DNA of 64,000 nucleotides from contig JANZKC010000002.1 in NCBI GenBank assembly GCA_025061115.1, positions 256,001-320,000 on the forward strand. The letters are read 5' to 3'. Position numbers and translations under genes: made by a program. The notes under the pieces were generated by a model that was not told where the DNA came from, ran no database searches, and saw only the letters and a program-made list of their open reading frames with translations. Shown piece after piece: positions 1-8,198 of this stretch; the first letter of the stretch is position 1; each line of letters begins with the position of its first letter. Source of the stretch: Candidatus Culexmicrobium cathedralense. GTDB lineage: Archaea; Thermoproteota; Methanomethylicia; Culexarchaeales; Culexmicrobiaceae.

Positions 1-400
1 AAGAGCTGGAACGCCAAGTCTAACGGCCCTTAATACAATTTCACTAGTTAATCTACTGGTGCAAGCCATGATCAGCCTACTGAAAACAGCGCCACCAAAT
101 AGTGCAGCTCCAACAGCCTTATCAACAGCATTATGCCTACCAATATCCTCAGCAAATCCAGCAACCCTCATGTCAAGATCGATCAGTATATCCGCATGAA
201 CACCTCCAGTTCTCCTATAAATCTCAGAGCGCGCTAATTAAGTAGTTTTATAGCTTCAAGTGCATGATCAACCTCAAATTTAACCTTTGAAGAAACCTTA
301 AATTTAGCCACACTATCAAGAAGCTTCAAGTGATCATCAGTAGTTTGCGGAAAATAGTGAGAAACAAAGTTTATGTCAGAAAAACTTGCTGCGTAAACAA
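1..400 (-). pseudogene. fdhD: FdhD (formate dehydrogenase accessory sulfurtransferase) remnant, running off the window edge
   Basis: Manual minus-strand translation gives RTGGVHA...EDIGRHNAVDKAVG...TSRLTSEIV...LGVP. There is a stop and frameshift near 231-240 and no room for the N-terminal domain before larE. Confidence 0.75.
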
Positions 401-519
401 ACTATATGTTTTCTGCTCAGAAAAGTGTCGACAAAAGTGGGTTAGATCTTGGCTTAAAAGACAAATTTAAAATGAAACATAAGACACGGCCTAAGTCGAT
501 TGAAATCTTCATTCTGACA

Positions 520-1338
520 TTATGTAGAGCGTTCACTGCTTAACACGAGCTTATCTAAGCTTCCGGAAACGTAGCCTTCAAGCTCCATTGCCACATACAA
601 ATATCCTAACTCCTTAAGTTTCTTGGAAATCTCGTCCAGAATTCTTTCATCAAATAGTTTTTCACGTTCATCCCTGCCCACTTCTATCCTAGCAATTATT
701 CCATGATCCCTAACCCTGACCAACTTCACTCCAGCTATCTTCTTAATAATTAGCTCTGCTTCTCCAACTCTCCTCACAGCCTCTGGAGTTATCCTAACTC
801 CATATGGAAATCTGGAAGCTAAACAGGTCATTGGAGGCTTGTCGGCCGTGGGGAGCTTAAGCATTCTGGAAATAGCTCTAACATCAGCCTTTGTTAATCC
901 AACTTCAGCTAATGGGCTTCTAATACCCAGTTCCTTCAAAGCCCTTATTCCAGGCCTATAGCTCTTCATGTCATCTGCATTGGTTCCGTCAACAACTACA
1001 CTTAAATTATGATGCCTCGCTATCTCAAGAAGCTTAGCCATCAACTCAAGTTTACAGTAGTAGCATCTGTTAGGTGGATTTCTGGCTAAATGCTCATTTT
1101 CAAGCTCATTTACATCGATAACCAAATGCCTAATACCTATAAAATTAGCTATTTTCTTAGCTTCTTCAAGCTCTCCAGGAGGCAGAAGGGGTGAATTGGC
1201 TGTGACGGCTAAAGCTTTATCTCCCAAAATCTGTTTAGCAGCATAAGCCACAAGTGTACTATCAACTCCTCCTGAAAATGCTACTAAAACTCCATCCTTA
1301 TCCTTAAACCAGTTCAAGAGCGCTTGATACTTCTCCAA
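520..1338 (-). CDS. larE: ATP-dependent sacrificial sulfur transferase LarE (PP-loop)
   Basis: SGGVDS PP-loop, RCYYCK, DGTNADD, CLASRFPYG and VRVRDHG motifs. Confidence 0.9.
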   Translation of the reverse strand: MEKYQALLNWFKDKDGVLVAFSGGVDSTLVAYAAKQILGDKALAVTANSPLLPPGELEEAKKIANFIGIRHLVIDVNELENEHLARNPPNRCYYCKLELMAKLLEIARHHNLSVVVDGTNADDMKSYRPGIRALKELGIRSPLAEVGLTKADVRAISRMLKLPTADKPPMTCLASRFPYGVRITPEAVRRVGEAELIIKKIAGVKLVRVRDHGIIARIEVGRDEREKLFDERILDEISKKLKELGYLYVAMELEGYVSGSLDKLVLSSERST

Positions 1339-1362
1339 ATTCCCACCTAACAGCGCCGCGCA

Positions 1363-2574
1363 TTAGTTTGGGCCTTGATCACTAAAACATATTGCTGTGA
1401 TCTCTTTTAAGCTCTCAATGCTCTTTTCAAGCAGCCCATCAATATCCAATTTAGACTCTATCTCTAATACATCTTCAAGCTCAGCTCTTGTTACTGGTTT
1501 AGAAGGTCTAGCCCAGCAACCCTTAATTGGCGTGCAGCCAGAAGTAACTCTCATGCATGAAGCTTCGTAAGTTCCAATCCTTTTAGCTAGAGCTATGCTC
1601 TCATCCTTATCGAAACCTATTAGAGGCCTTAAAACAGGTAGCTCCGAAGCTTGATCTATAACTCTCAAGTTATCCAGAGTTTGAGAAGCCACTTGAGCTA
1701 AATTCTCACCAGTAACAATAGCTTTAGCACCAACTCTCTTAGCTAGCTCATTAGCAACTCTATACATCATCCTTCTACACAATACGCAAGTGTGCTTCAA
1801 AGCCGCTTTTCTAAAGGCAATTAAGTTATGCTCATGCCTGAAAACATAAACTGGCATTTCCTCTCCAACATGCCACTTCCTAAGTATTCTAACCACTTTA
1901 ATGAAGCGCCTCAAATCCGACTCATCACCTCCACGTGGAAAGTAAGCGAATAGAGGAATAACGCTGCATCCCCTCTTCATCATAAGCCATGAAGCAACTG
2001 GAGAATCTATGCCGCCAGAAATTAGGCATACAACCTTCCCCGCAGTTCCAAGAGGCAGTCCTCCTGGGCAAGGAACCCTCACATTATAAATATAGCACTC
2101 TTCATCTCTAACTTCAACATAAATTACCCTCTCAGGATTGTCCAAGCACACTTTAACTTTCGTTTCCTCCTTAACTATAGCTCCCAAGCGATTTTCCAAG
2201 TCTTTACTAGTAAATGAATGCGAGCCGGTCCTCCTAACCCTCACCGAAAATGATTTTGCATCTCCAATCAGCAAATGCGAAGCATCCCTAATGAACGCGC
2301 TTAAATCACTTAATTTAACAAACTTAAATGGCGCAGCAAAAACTAAGCCAAAAACTCGCTTGAGCAAATCTAGAGCCCCATTAACATCTTCAACTTCTAT
2401 GAGCAATCTAGACCACTTATGACGAACTCTACCTCTCAAGCCGATCTCCTTAAGCCCATCAATGATATTTTGAGCTAACTTCCTAACAAATCGCCTTCTC
2501 ACACTATTGGATTTTATAGCTATTTCACCATATGCAGCTAAAATTCCATCCCACTCAATGCTTGTTGACTGCAT
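1363..2574 (-). CDS. thiI: tRNA 4-thiouridine synthase ThiI (THUMP + PP-loop)
   Basis: YGEIAIKS, a THUMP domain, GGLPLGT, SGGIDSPVA, CxxCRR and GENLAQVASQTL. Confidence 0.93.
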   Translation of the reverse strand: MQSTSIEWDGILAAYGEIAIKSNSVRRRFVRKLAQNIIDGLKEIGLRGRVRHKWSRLLIEVEDVNGALDLLKRVFGLVFAAPFKFVKLSDLSAFIRDASHLLIGDAKSFSVRVRRTGSHSFTSKDLENRLGAIVKEETKVKVCLDNPERVIYVEVRDEECYIYNVRVPCPGGLPLGTAGKVVCLISGGIDSPVASWLMMKRGCSVIPLFAYFPRGGDESDLRRFIKVVRILRKWHVGEEMPVYVFRHEHNLIAFRKAALKHTCVLCRRMMYRVANELAKRVGAKAIVTGENLAQVASQTLDNLRVIDQASELPVLRPLIGFDKDESIALAKRIGTYEASCMRVTSGCTPIKGCWARPSKPVTRAELEDVLEIESKLDIDGLLEKSIESLKEITAICFSDQGPN

Positions 2575-2747
2575 TTCAATAAAGTTCAGAAAAACATGCT
2601 GATAAATCTCTCTATCTACAGCCTAAATTGCCGAAATCTCATAAATAAATCCAAATTGCAGCTGAAAGTTGAAGGGAATGATCCTACATGATCTTGAGCA
2701 GAATTTAAATGCAAGTAATTTAAGTTCGAGCATTAATATTGAATTAA

Positions 2748-2812
2748 TGGGCGATGATGCATCTTTAGCGGTTGCTGCCAATTGATGGCAGAACCCGGCA
2801 AGGCTGAGCCCA
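2748..2812 (+). ncRNA. C/D box guide sRNA, predicted to target 23S rRNA G1945 (E. coli numbering)
   Basis: Terminal stem TGGGC/GCCCA, box C ATGATGC, C'-like TTGATGG, box D CTGA (2804-2807), D guide ACCCGGCAAGG, and TTTAAG about 29 nt upstream. Confidence 0.75.
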
Positions 2813-2890
2813 AACCCCCGAAGCAAATAAATACCACACAAGCAAAAATACTAATGAAAGCCGGGGTAGCTCAGCCTGGGAGAGCGTCCG

Positions 2891-3527
2891 TGAAAACCCG
2901 TGCTAGGAGCCTTACCGCTCTCCACAATTTTTTATTAACTCAACAGTTTATGGAATTCTATGGTATAATGGTAGGTGATGGAACGCTCTACCATAAGCAT
3001 AATTGCAAATATTTTTTTCACAATATCCGAAGGATACAAAGATTATGCACAACATATTGCAGGGCTAGTGTATCTACTTATAGGCAGGTATCCACGGATC
3101 AAATATAGATCAAAGGCTTTTCAGAATAGAGTTTAAGTCAAAAAGACTCTTCAACGCATTCATAAATTTAGGCTTTCCTTTAGGCAAGAAAAGTTCCAAC
3201 ATTTCCATTCCCACAATAATTTTATCACATGATAATGTTAATTGGCTAATACGTGGAATATTTGATACTGACGGATCTATTTTCTTTAGTAAAAAGCCTG
3301 GCATAGTAAACTACCCTACCGTTGAAATTACTAGTAAAAGCTTTACCTTACTTAAACAGATCAAGAACGCTTTACGAGAAAAGTATGGCATTTTAGCGCA
3401 TATACGCAGATCCAAAGGTGTACATGAATTGGCAGTATATGGTTCGAAAGAAATAAGTAAGTGGGTAAAGTTTATAGGGAGCAGCCATAAAATTAAATCT
3501 CGGCTCCTAGCACGGGTTTTCGGCGAA
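2891..3527 (+). mobile_element. 637-nt BHB-type tRNA intron carrying a homing endonuclease gene
   Basis: BHB motif: central helix CGTC(2885-2888)/GGCG(3522-3525), bulges CG^T and AA^G, outer pairing AG/CT, and a 20-bp inner stem. Confidence 0.9.
2891..3527 (+). pseudogene. Two-motif LAGLIDADG homing endonuclease with two apparent +1 frameshifts
   Basis: Motif 1 FMEFYGIMVGDG (~2947-2982) and motif 2 LIRGIFDTDG (~3246-3275). The frame breaks at about the T7 run (3012-3018) and the T4 run (3118-3121). The last frame is stop-free from 3084 through the 3' splice site. Confidence 0.88.
2892..3521. repeat. Perfect 20-bp inverted repeat closing the intron (2892-2911 / 3502-3521)
   Basis: GAAAACCCGTGCTAGGAGCC is the exact reverse complement of GGCTCCTAGCACGGGTTTTC. 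Confidence 0.97.
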
Positions 3528-3551
3528 GCTGAAGACCGGATTGTCGAGGGT

Positions 3552-4622
3552 TCAAGTCCCTCCCCCGGCACTAAAATTATTAAGTAATTCCTTTACGAAC
3601 GAACCGAATTCCGTAACATCATATTCCCAATTTTTCAGCATGCTGGGATCCCATACTGGATGAAAAACCCAAGCAGTCCAACCAGCAACCCTATCCTCCA
3701 TGTAGGAGATTAAGGGCTCCCCAAAACAGCTTCTACTCCCCTTTAAAAACTCATAATCCACCTCTTCCTCATAACCCCACTCAGTTACAAAGACGGGATA
3801 ATGCTCAGCGACCCGCCCCCAATAATAATCCCATTCCTTCATAGGCCTACCAGGATAAACATGAACTGCATAAGCTATGTTTTCACCTGAAATGGGATCA
3901 CTTAAAACTCCTCTTAAATCGTAAGCCCAATCTACACCTCCGACAATTATTATAACATCCGCATCCTTACCCCTAATTAAACGGATAATCTCCTCGGCCA
4001 AAGGCTTCCAATCTTCCCACTCAATCCATGCTGGCTCATTAAAAATTTCATAAAGAACATTGCTCCTACCCCTAAATCGCTCTGCAACTCTACTCCAGAA
4101 ATTTACAGCTAAAGTGAAGTTTGGATCATAAATATTCTCCCCATTCCAAGGTTCCTCATACATCCAACTAAAGTTTTCAGGCGTTTCAGTCTCACCCGTA
4201 ATGGGATTTCCAATCGCATGCCAATCAATTATTACATAAATACCTCTCTCCTCACACCATTCAACCACCCTATCAAGGTACCTCTCAAGGTAATCGAAAT
4301 ACCTCTTCCAAAACACTGGGTGAACTGGCACTCTAACGACATTTACATTCCACATCTTAATCACATCGAAAAGCTCCTCACCAAACTTCCCCTCCCAATC
4401 TAGATAAGCTGGATCTGCTATCCCCACACCCCTCAAAATCACCTCCTTTCCACTAGCAAGAAGCTCATTTCCAACAATCTCCAATTTAGGCAAACCTTCA
4501 CGTTTAAACCTGAAAATGCAAAGCTGATTGAGAAAACAAATGCACAAGCCCATAATCAAGCAAGCAACAATGAAAACCCCAAATCTCGACGGCCAACCTC
4601 TAAAAGCCAGCGTTTTGACCAT
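3552..4622 (-). CDS. Secreted or membrane-anchored glycoside hydrolase family 5 (cellulase-like)
   Basis: IIDWH, YEIFNEP (acid/base Glu), AVHVY and VFVTEWG (nucleophile), with an N-terminal hydrophobic segment. ATG 4622 follows a GGAGGTG Shine-Dalgarno (SD). Confidence 0.88.
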   Translation of the reverse strand: MVKTLAFRGWPSRFGVFIVACLIMGLCICFLNQLCIFRFKREGLPKLEIVGNELLASGKEVILRGVGIADPAYLDWEGKFGEELFDVIKMWNVNVVRVPVHPVFWKRYFDYLERYLDRVVEWCEERGIYVIIDWHAIGNPITGETETPENFSWMYEEPWNGENIYDPNFTLAVNFWSRVAERFRGRSNVLYEIFNEPAWIEWEDWKPLAEEIIRLIRGKDADVIIIVGGVDWAYDLRGVLSDPISGENIAYAVHVYPGRPMKEWDYYWGRVAEHYPVFVTEWGYEEEVDYEFLKGSRSCFGEPLISYMEDRVAGWTAWVFHPVWDPSMLKNWEYDVTEFGSFVKELLNNFSAGGGT

Positions 4623-4857
4623 AACACCTCCACCCAACCCATACGAAAATTCACTAGTTAAATGTACTCCAGCATAATGCTAAATCAATAAACCCCAATC
4701 ACCTTCATTAAATTTAGCCGAAACTAACTTGCAGCCAACAGCCTTCACATAACTTCGCGATGCTCTGGTAACTGTTTCAATTTGAAGGCAAGTTAAATAC
4801 TCAAAACAAACTAAGTTGAAAAGCGCAAAATTTTATCCAGCCCACGCGAAATAGAGT

Positions 4858-4920
4858 TAGGGCGATGACTGATCAGAGTTAAGTTGACCTGATGATAGAA
4901 AGGCATTAGGAGGAGCCCTA
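4858..4920 (+). ncRNA. Candidate K-turn / atypical C/D box sRNA
   Basis: Stem TAGGGC/GCCCTA, GAT bulge with tandem GA, internal CTGA-TGAT, and a TATA-like TTTTAT at 4831. Box D is non-canonical (AGGA). Confidence 0.5.
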
Positions 4921-4963
4921 TAATCACAAACAATTAAAAGCTGCACTCACATATCAACTGTAG

Positions 4964-5041
4964 GCGGCGGTCGTCTAGCCAGGACTAGGACACGGGCCTC
5001 CCGAGCCCGTTACCCGGGTTCAAATCCCGGCCGCCGCACCA
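4964..5041 (+). tRNA. tRNA-Gly(CCC) with encoded CCA
   Basis: Acceptor GCGGCGG/CCGCCGC, anticodon arm CGGGC CTCCCGA GCCCG, T arm CCGGG TTCAAAT CCCGG. Confidence 0.96.
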
Positions 5042-5144
5042 AACTCAAATTCAATTTAAGATTCATTGCACTTGAAATGCAAAGTCAAATTATCCATAAA
5101 TTAAGTCACGTAAAAAATTGAGAGTTAAGGGGAATATACGTAAT

Positions 5145-6326
5145 TTAATAGCTGTTCTTGACGAGCACTTCTTGGGCTGCTCGAACACCGCTTCCCAACT
5201 CTATTTCAAAGCCGAGGTCGTACAATGTTCTTTCGATAGCTGCTATAATTGCAATTACATCATTAGCATTTACAGGACCCATATGACCCACTCTGAAATA
5301 CCTATCCCTTATTTCTGGATAAAGTCCACCTGCAACCACAACTTTTCTCTCCAGCATTCCCTTAAGAAAGCTGCTTAATTGAACCTTTTCCGGCAGGTAT
5401 ACTGCAGTTACAGTTGAAGCAGCAATATCCTCCTTTTTAGCCATAACTTTTAAGCCAATTTCAGCCATTGCTTCCCTAAATGACTTTGCAAGAATTTTAT
5501 GTCGCTTAAATCTATTCTCCAAACCCTCCTTAAATATTAGCTCTAAGCTCTCATGAAGCCCAACTATCAAGTTAACTGCTGGAGTCGCGAAGTATTTTGG
5601 CTTCAAATTCTCATAGGAGCCCATTATGTCAAGCCACTTGCATAAGTTCATGTAATAAGGAGCATAACTCCCCTTAGTTTTATCAAGTTTTTTAATCGCC
5701 TTAGGAGATAGCCAAAGAATAGCTAAGCCTGGAGGGACTCCAATAGCCTTCTGACTTCCAGTTAACACCACATCTACACCCCAATCCTTCATTCTTATTT
5801 CCTCACCCGCAACGCTGCAAACTCCATCAACCACCAGAAGTGTTTCCTTATCCTTAAGGAAAGCTCCAAGCTCCTCAACTGGATGTCTAACGCCAGTACT
5901 CGTATCCACATGAGTTACCGTCACTAAATCATAATCCACTTCACTTACCTTGTTCAATATCTTCTCGCTCGAAACAACCTCTCCAGGCTCACCAGCCTTT
6001 AAGACATCAACTTCAACTGGATATCGATATAAAAGCTCCGCGAATCTATCCCCAAAAACTCCATTGGAAACTACAAGCACTCTATCCCCCTTCTCAATGA
6101 AATTCGAAACGCTTGCCTCCATAGCTAAAGTTCCTGAGCCGGCAAGCACCGCTACCTTATAGTCATTATCAACAAAAAGCAATTTCCTAAGGTCCTCCAG
6201 CGCTTCAGCGAATAGCCGAACGAACTCGCTGGACATGTGGCTTAAATGACCTATACTCAGGCTCCTAAGCACGTGAGGCTCAAAAGTAATTGGTCCAGGT
6301 ATAGCTAGAATCCTTCTCTCACTCAC
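5145..6326 (-). CDS. Class V PLP aminotransferase (serine-pyruvate/alanine-glyoxylate type)
   Basis: IPGP, GSGTLAME, HVDTSTG, VDGVCS, GSQKAIGVPPG and FRVGHMG. Likely GTG start at 6326. Confidence 0.9.
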   Translation of the reverse strand: MSERRILAIPGPITFEPHVLRSLSIGHLSHMSSEFVRLFAEALEDLRKLLFVDNDYKVAVLAGSGTLAMEASVSNFIEKGDRVLVVSNGVFGDRFAELLYRYPVEVDVLKAGEPGEVVSSEKILNKVSEVDYDLVTVTHVDTSTGVRHPVEELGAFLKDKETLLVVDGVCSVAGEEIRMKDWGVDVVLTGSQKAIGVPPGLAILWLSPKAIKKLDKTKGSYAPYYMNLCKWLDIMGSYENLKPKYFATPAVNLIVGLHESLELIFKEGLENRFKRHKILAKSFREAMAEIGLKVMAKKEDIAASTVTAVYLPEKVQLSSFLKGMLERKVVVAGGLYPEIRDRYFRVGHMGPVNANDVIAIIAAIERTLYDLGFEIELGSGVRAAQEVLVKNSY

Positions 6327-6711
6327 ATCAACCACCAACAAACATAAGCAAATAACTACCAATTTATCTCTAACGCTATTTTCCAAAATTCAACACACTA
6401 GATATTCGATGAGAGAAATGCATTAGGATAATTCCTTCCTCACTACTTATTTCAAGGCTTCAAATTCCAGCATCAAGCTTAACTTCCTAAATTCTAATAC
6501 AATAGGTACCTAACATGCACTCAAGCACGTAAGTACACAAAAATAAGAAAGTAGTCGTTTTTCATAGTTGGTAGCATTAAATATTCTGACTAGCATTTCA
6601 TGAAAGTTCAATTACAGCTCGTAGCTAAGTAAGATAGATATTCAACAACAATAACCATAATTTTGCGATTAATTTATTAGTTCGTATAGAGTTGATGCCG
6701 ATGGTGAGAGT

Positions 6712-7140
6712 TTGAGCAGTAAAGCTAGCGGAGAAGATTTTGCAAGTAGGATTGAAAGAATGGTGGGCTCACTTATAAGAGTCCACCTAATTGATGGAAG
6801 AGTAATTATTGGCAAGCTAGTCAGCGTAGATCCCGATTACCTGAATATGATAGTTGAAGAATTAACTGGCAGCGAGAATGAAACTGCATTAACGCTTATT
6901 CCAGGCACCTCCATCGGATATGCAAGATTCATTAAGCCAAAACTCGTCAAAGAGCCAAGCATCGAAGAAAAAATTTTAAGTTTACTTGAAAGAGAGCCAA
7001 ACTTAACGGTTAGGGAGATAGCTAAGATATTAAATCTTGAGCCAAATAGAGTTAGAAGCGCTCTGAGAAGATTGAAGAGGAAGGGTTTAATTAAAAGTGG
7101 AGATGAAACTTCTAAGCGCACCGGCAGGACTAAACCTTGA
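6712..7140 (+). CDS. Sm/Lsm-fold domain fused to a C-terminal winged HTH
   Basis: Sm1-like VHLIDGRVIIGKLVSVD..LN followed by HTH-like EEKILSLL...LTVREIAKILNL...VRSALRRLKRKGLI. Confidence 0.7.
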   Translation: MSSKASGEDFASRIERMVGSLIRVHLIDGRVIIGKLVSVDPDYLNMIVEELTGSENETALTLIPGTSIGYARFIKPKLVKEPSIEEKILSLLEREPNLTVREIAKILNLEPNRVRSALRRLKRKGLIKSGDETSKRTGRTKP

Positions 7141-8111
7141 AGTTGAAAATTAAACCCATAGCTTTTGAAAGCTTAGGCGTCAGATCCATGTGCACTTACA
7201 TCGAAACACCAGACATAAGTATATTACTAGATCCGGGAGTTTCACTTGGAAAAAGATTCAGCAAAATACCTCACCCAAGAGAGTACATAGCCCTTAAAAG
7301 CGCACGTAAAAGACTACTTGAAATCTCACGCAAAGCTGACATCATAATCATAAGCCACTACCACTTCGACCACTACACCCCACTAGGATACACCGACTAC
7401 ACTTGGACTTGGAGCATACCCGATGAAAGTGCATCAATCTATGAAGGCAAACTACTATTCGTCAAAGACTTTAGAGATAAGATCAACTTCAGCCAAAGAA
7501 AAAGAGGATGGATATTCAACAAAATGGTGAATGAAATAGCCTACAAAGTTGAAATTGCCGACGGAAAGACGTTCAAGATAGGAGATACCCTAGTAAAGAT
7601 AAGTGAGCCAGTTTGGCACGGCGAAGCAGACACACCCCTCGGCTGGGTTTTAATGACAACAATCAAACATGAGGATGAGACAATACTATTTGCATCAGAC
7701 GTTCAAGGCCCAATAAACGAGGAGGCACTTCAAATAATTTTAAGCGAAAAGCCAAATCTAACAATAATCGGAGGGCCGCCGACATACCTACAAGAATACA
7801 AAACTAAAAGCGATAGCATAACCTCCGCAATAAAGCACTTAAGCAAAATAGCGCTAGAAAGCCAGATAGTCATACTAGACCACCACCTTCTAAGAGATGC
7901 GGAATGGAGGAAATACATCAAACTACCACTCGAAAACGCCAAAAGAAAGGGAAACAAACTAGTAACCGCAGCCGAATTCGAAAATAAGCAAAATCAGCTT
8001 TTAGAAGCATATAGAGACAAACTATATGAAGACGAGCCGCCAAGCGAAGAATTCATCAAGTGGAGCAAAATGCCAAAAGCCAAAAGGAAGAAAACACCCC
8101 CACCAATTTAG
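7137..8111 (+). CDS. Metallo-beta-lactamase-fold hydrolase (UPF0282-like)
   Basis: AFESLGVRSMC, SHYHFDH, ASDVQGP and DHHLLRD. Confidence 0.85.
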   Translation: MKLKIKPIAFESLGVRSMCTYIETPDISILLDPGVSLGKRFSKIPHPREYIALKSARKRLLEISRKADIIIISHYHFDHYTPLGYTDYTWTWSIPDESASIYEGKLLFVKDFRDKINFSQRKRGWIFNKMVNEIAYKVEIADGKTFKIGDTLVKISEPVWHGEADTPLGWVLMTTIKHEDETILFASDVQGPINEEALQIILSEKPNLTIIGGPPTYLQEYKTKSDSITSAIKHLSKIALESQIVILDHHLLRDAEWRKYIKLPLENAKRKGNKLVTAAEFENKQNQLLEAYRDKLYEDEPPSEEFIKWSKMPKAKRKKTPPPI

Positions 8112-8198
8112 AAGCCAAGCAAACATGAAATTAATTATCAACATGAAAGTGGAATACTTCCAATAAGAATATTTACCATTACATCGGGATTAATTAGT

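Larger units (their letters stand above)
2860..3570 (+). tRNA. tRNA-Phe(GAA): exon 1 2860-2890, exon 2 3528-3570, intron at position 30/31
   Basis: The joined exons form a complete cloverleaf: GCCGGGG TA GCTC AGCCTGGGA GAGC G TCCG|G CTGAAGA CCGGA TTGTC GAGGG TTCAAGT CCCTC CCCCGGC A. Confidence 0.95.

Noticed and set aside
2891-3527. Insert interpreted as an IS/MITE, a group I intron or an intein
   Set aside because: There is no transposase or target duplication, no room for a ribozyme core and no host protein. The exact BHB geometry explains the boundaries.
2782-3571. ORF-track entries 2782-3108(+), 3110-3304(-) and 3311-3571(-) as independent genes
   Set aside because: They are read-throughs or antisense shadows of the sRNA, the tRNA exons and the frameshifted endonuclease.
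4648-4750. Short similarity (TTCACTAGTTAA, AAGGCTGTTGG) to the fdhD relic at 40-125
   Set aside because: The matches are short and differently spaced, so probably chance.
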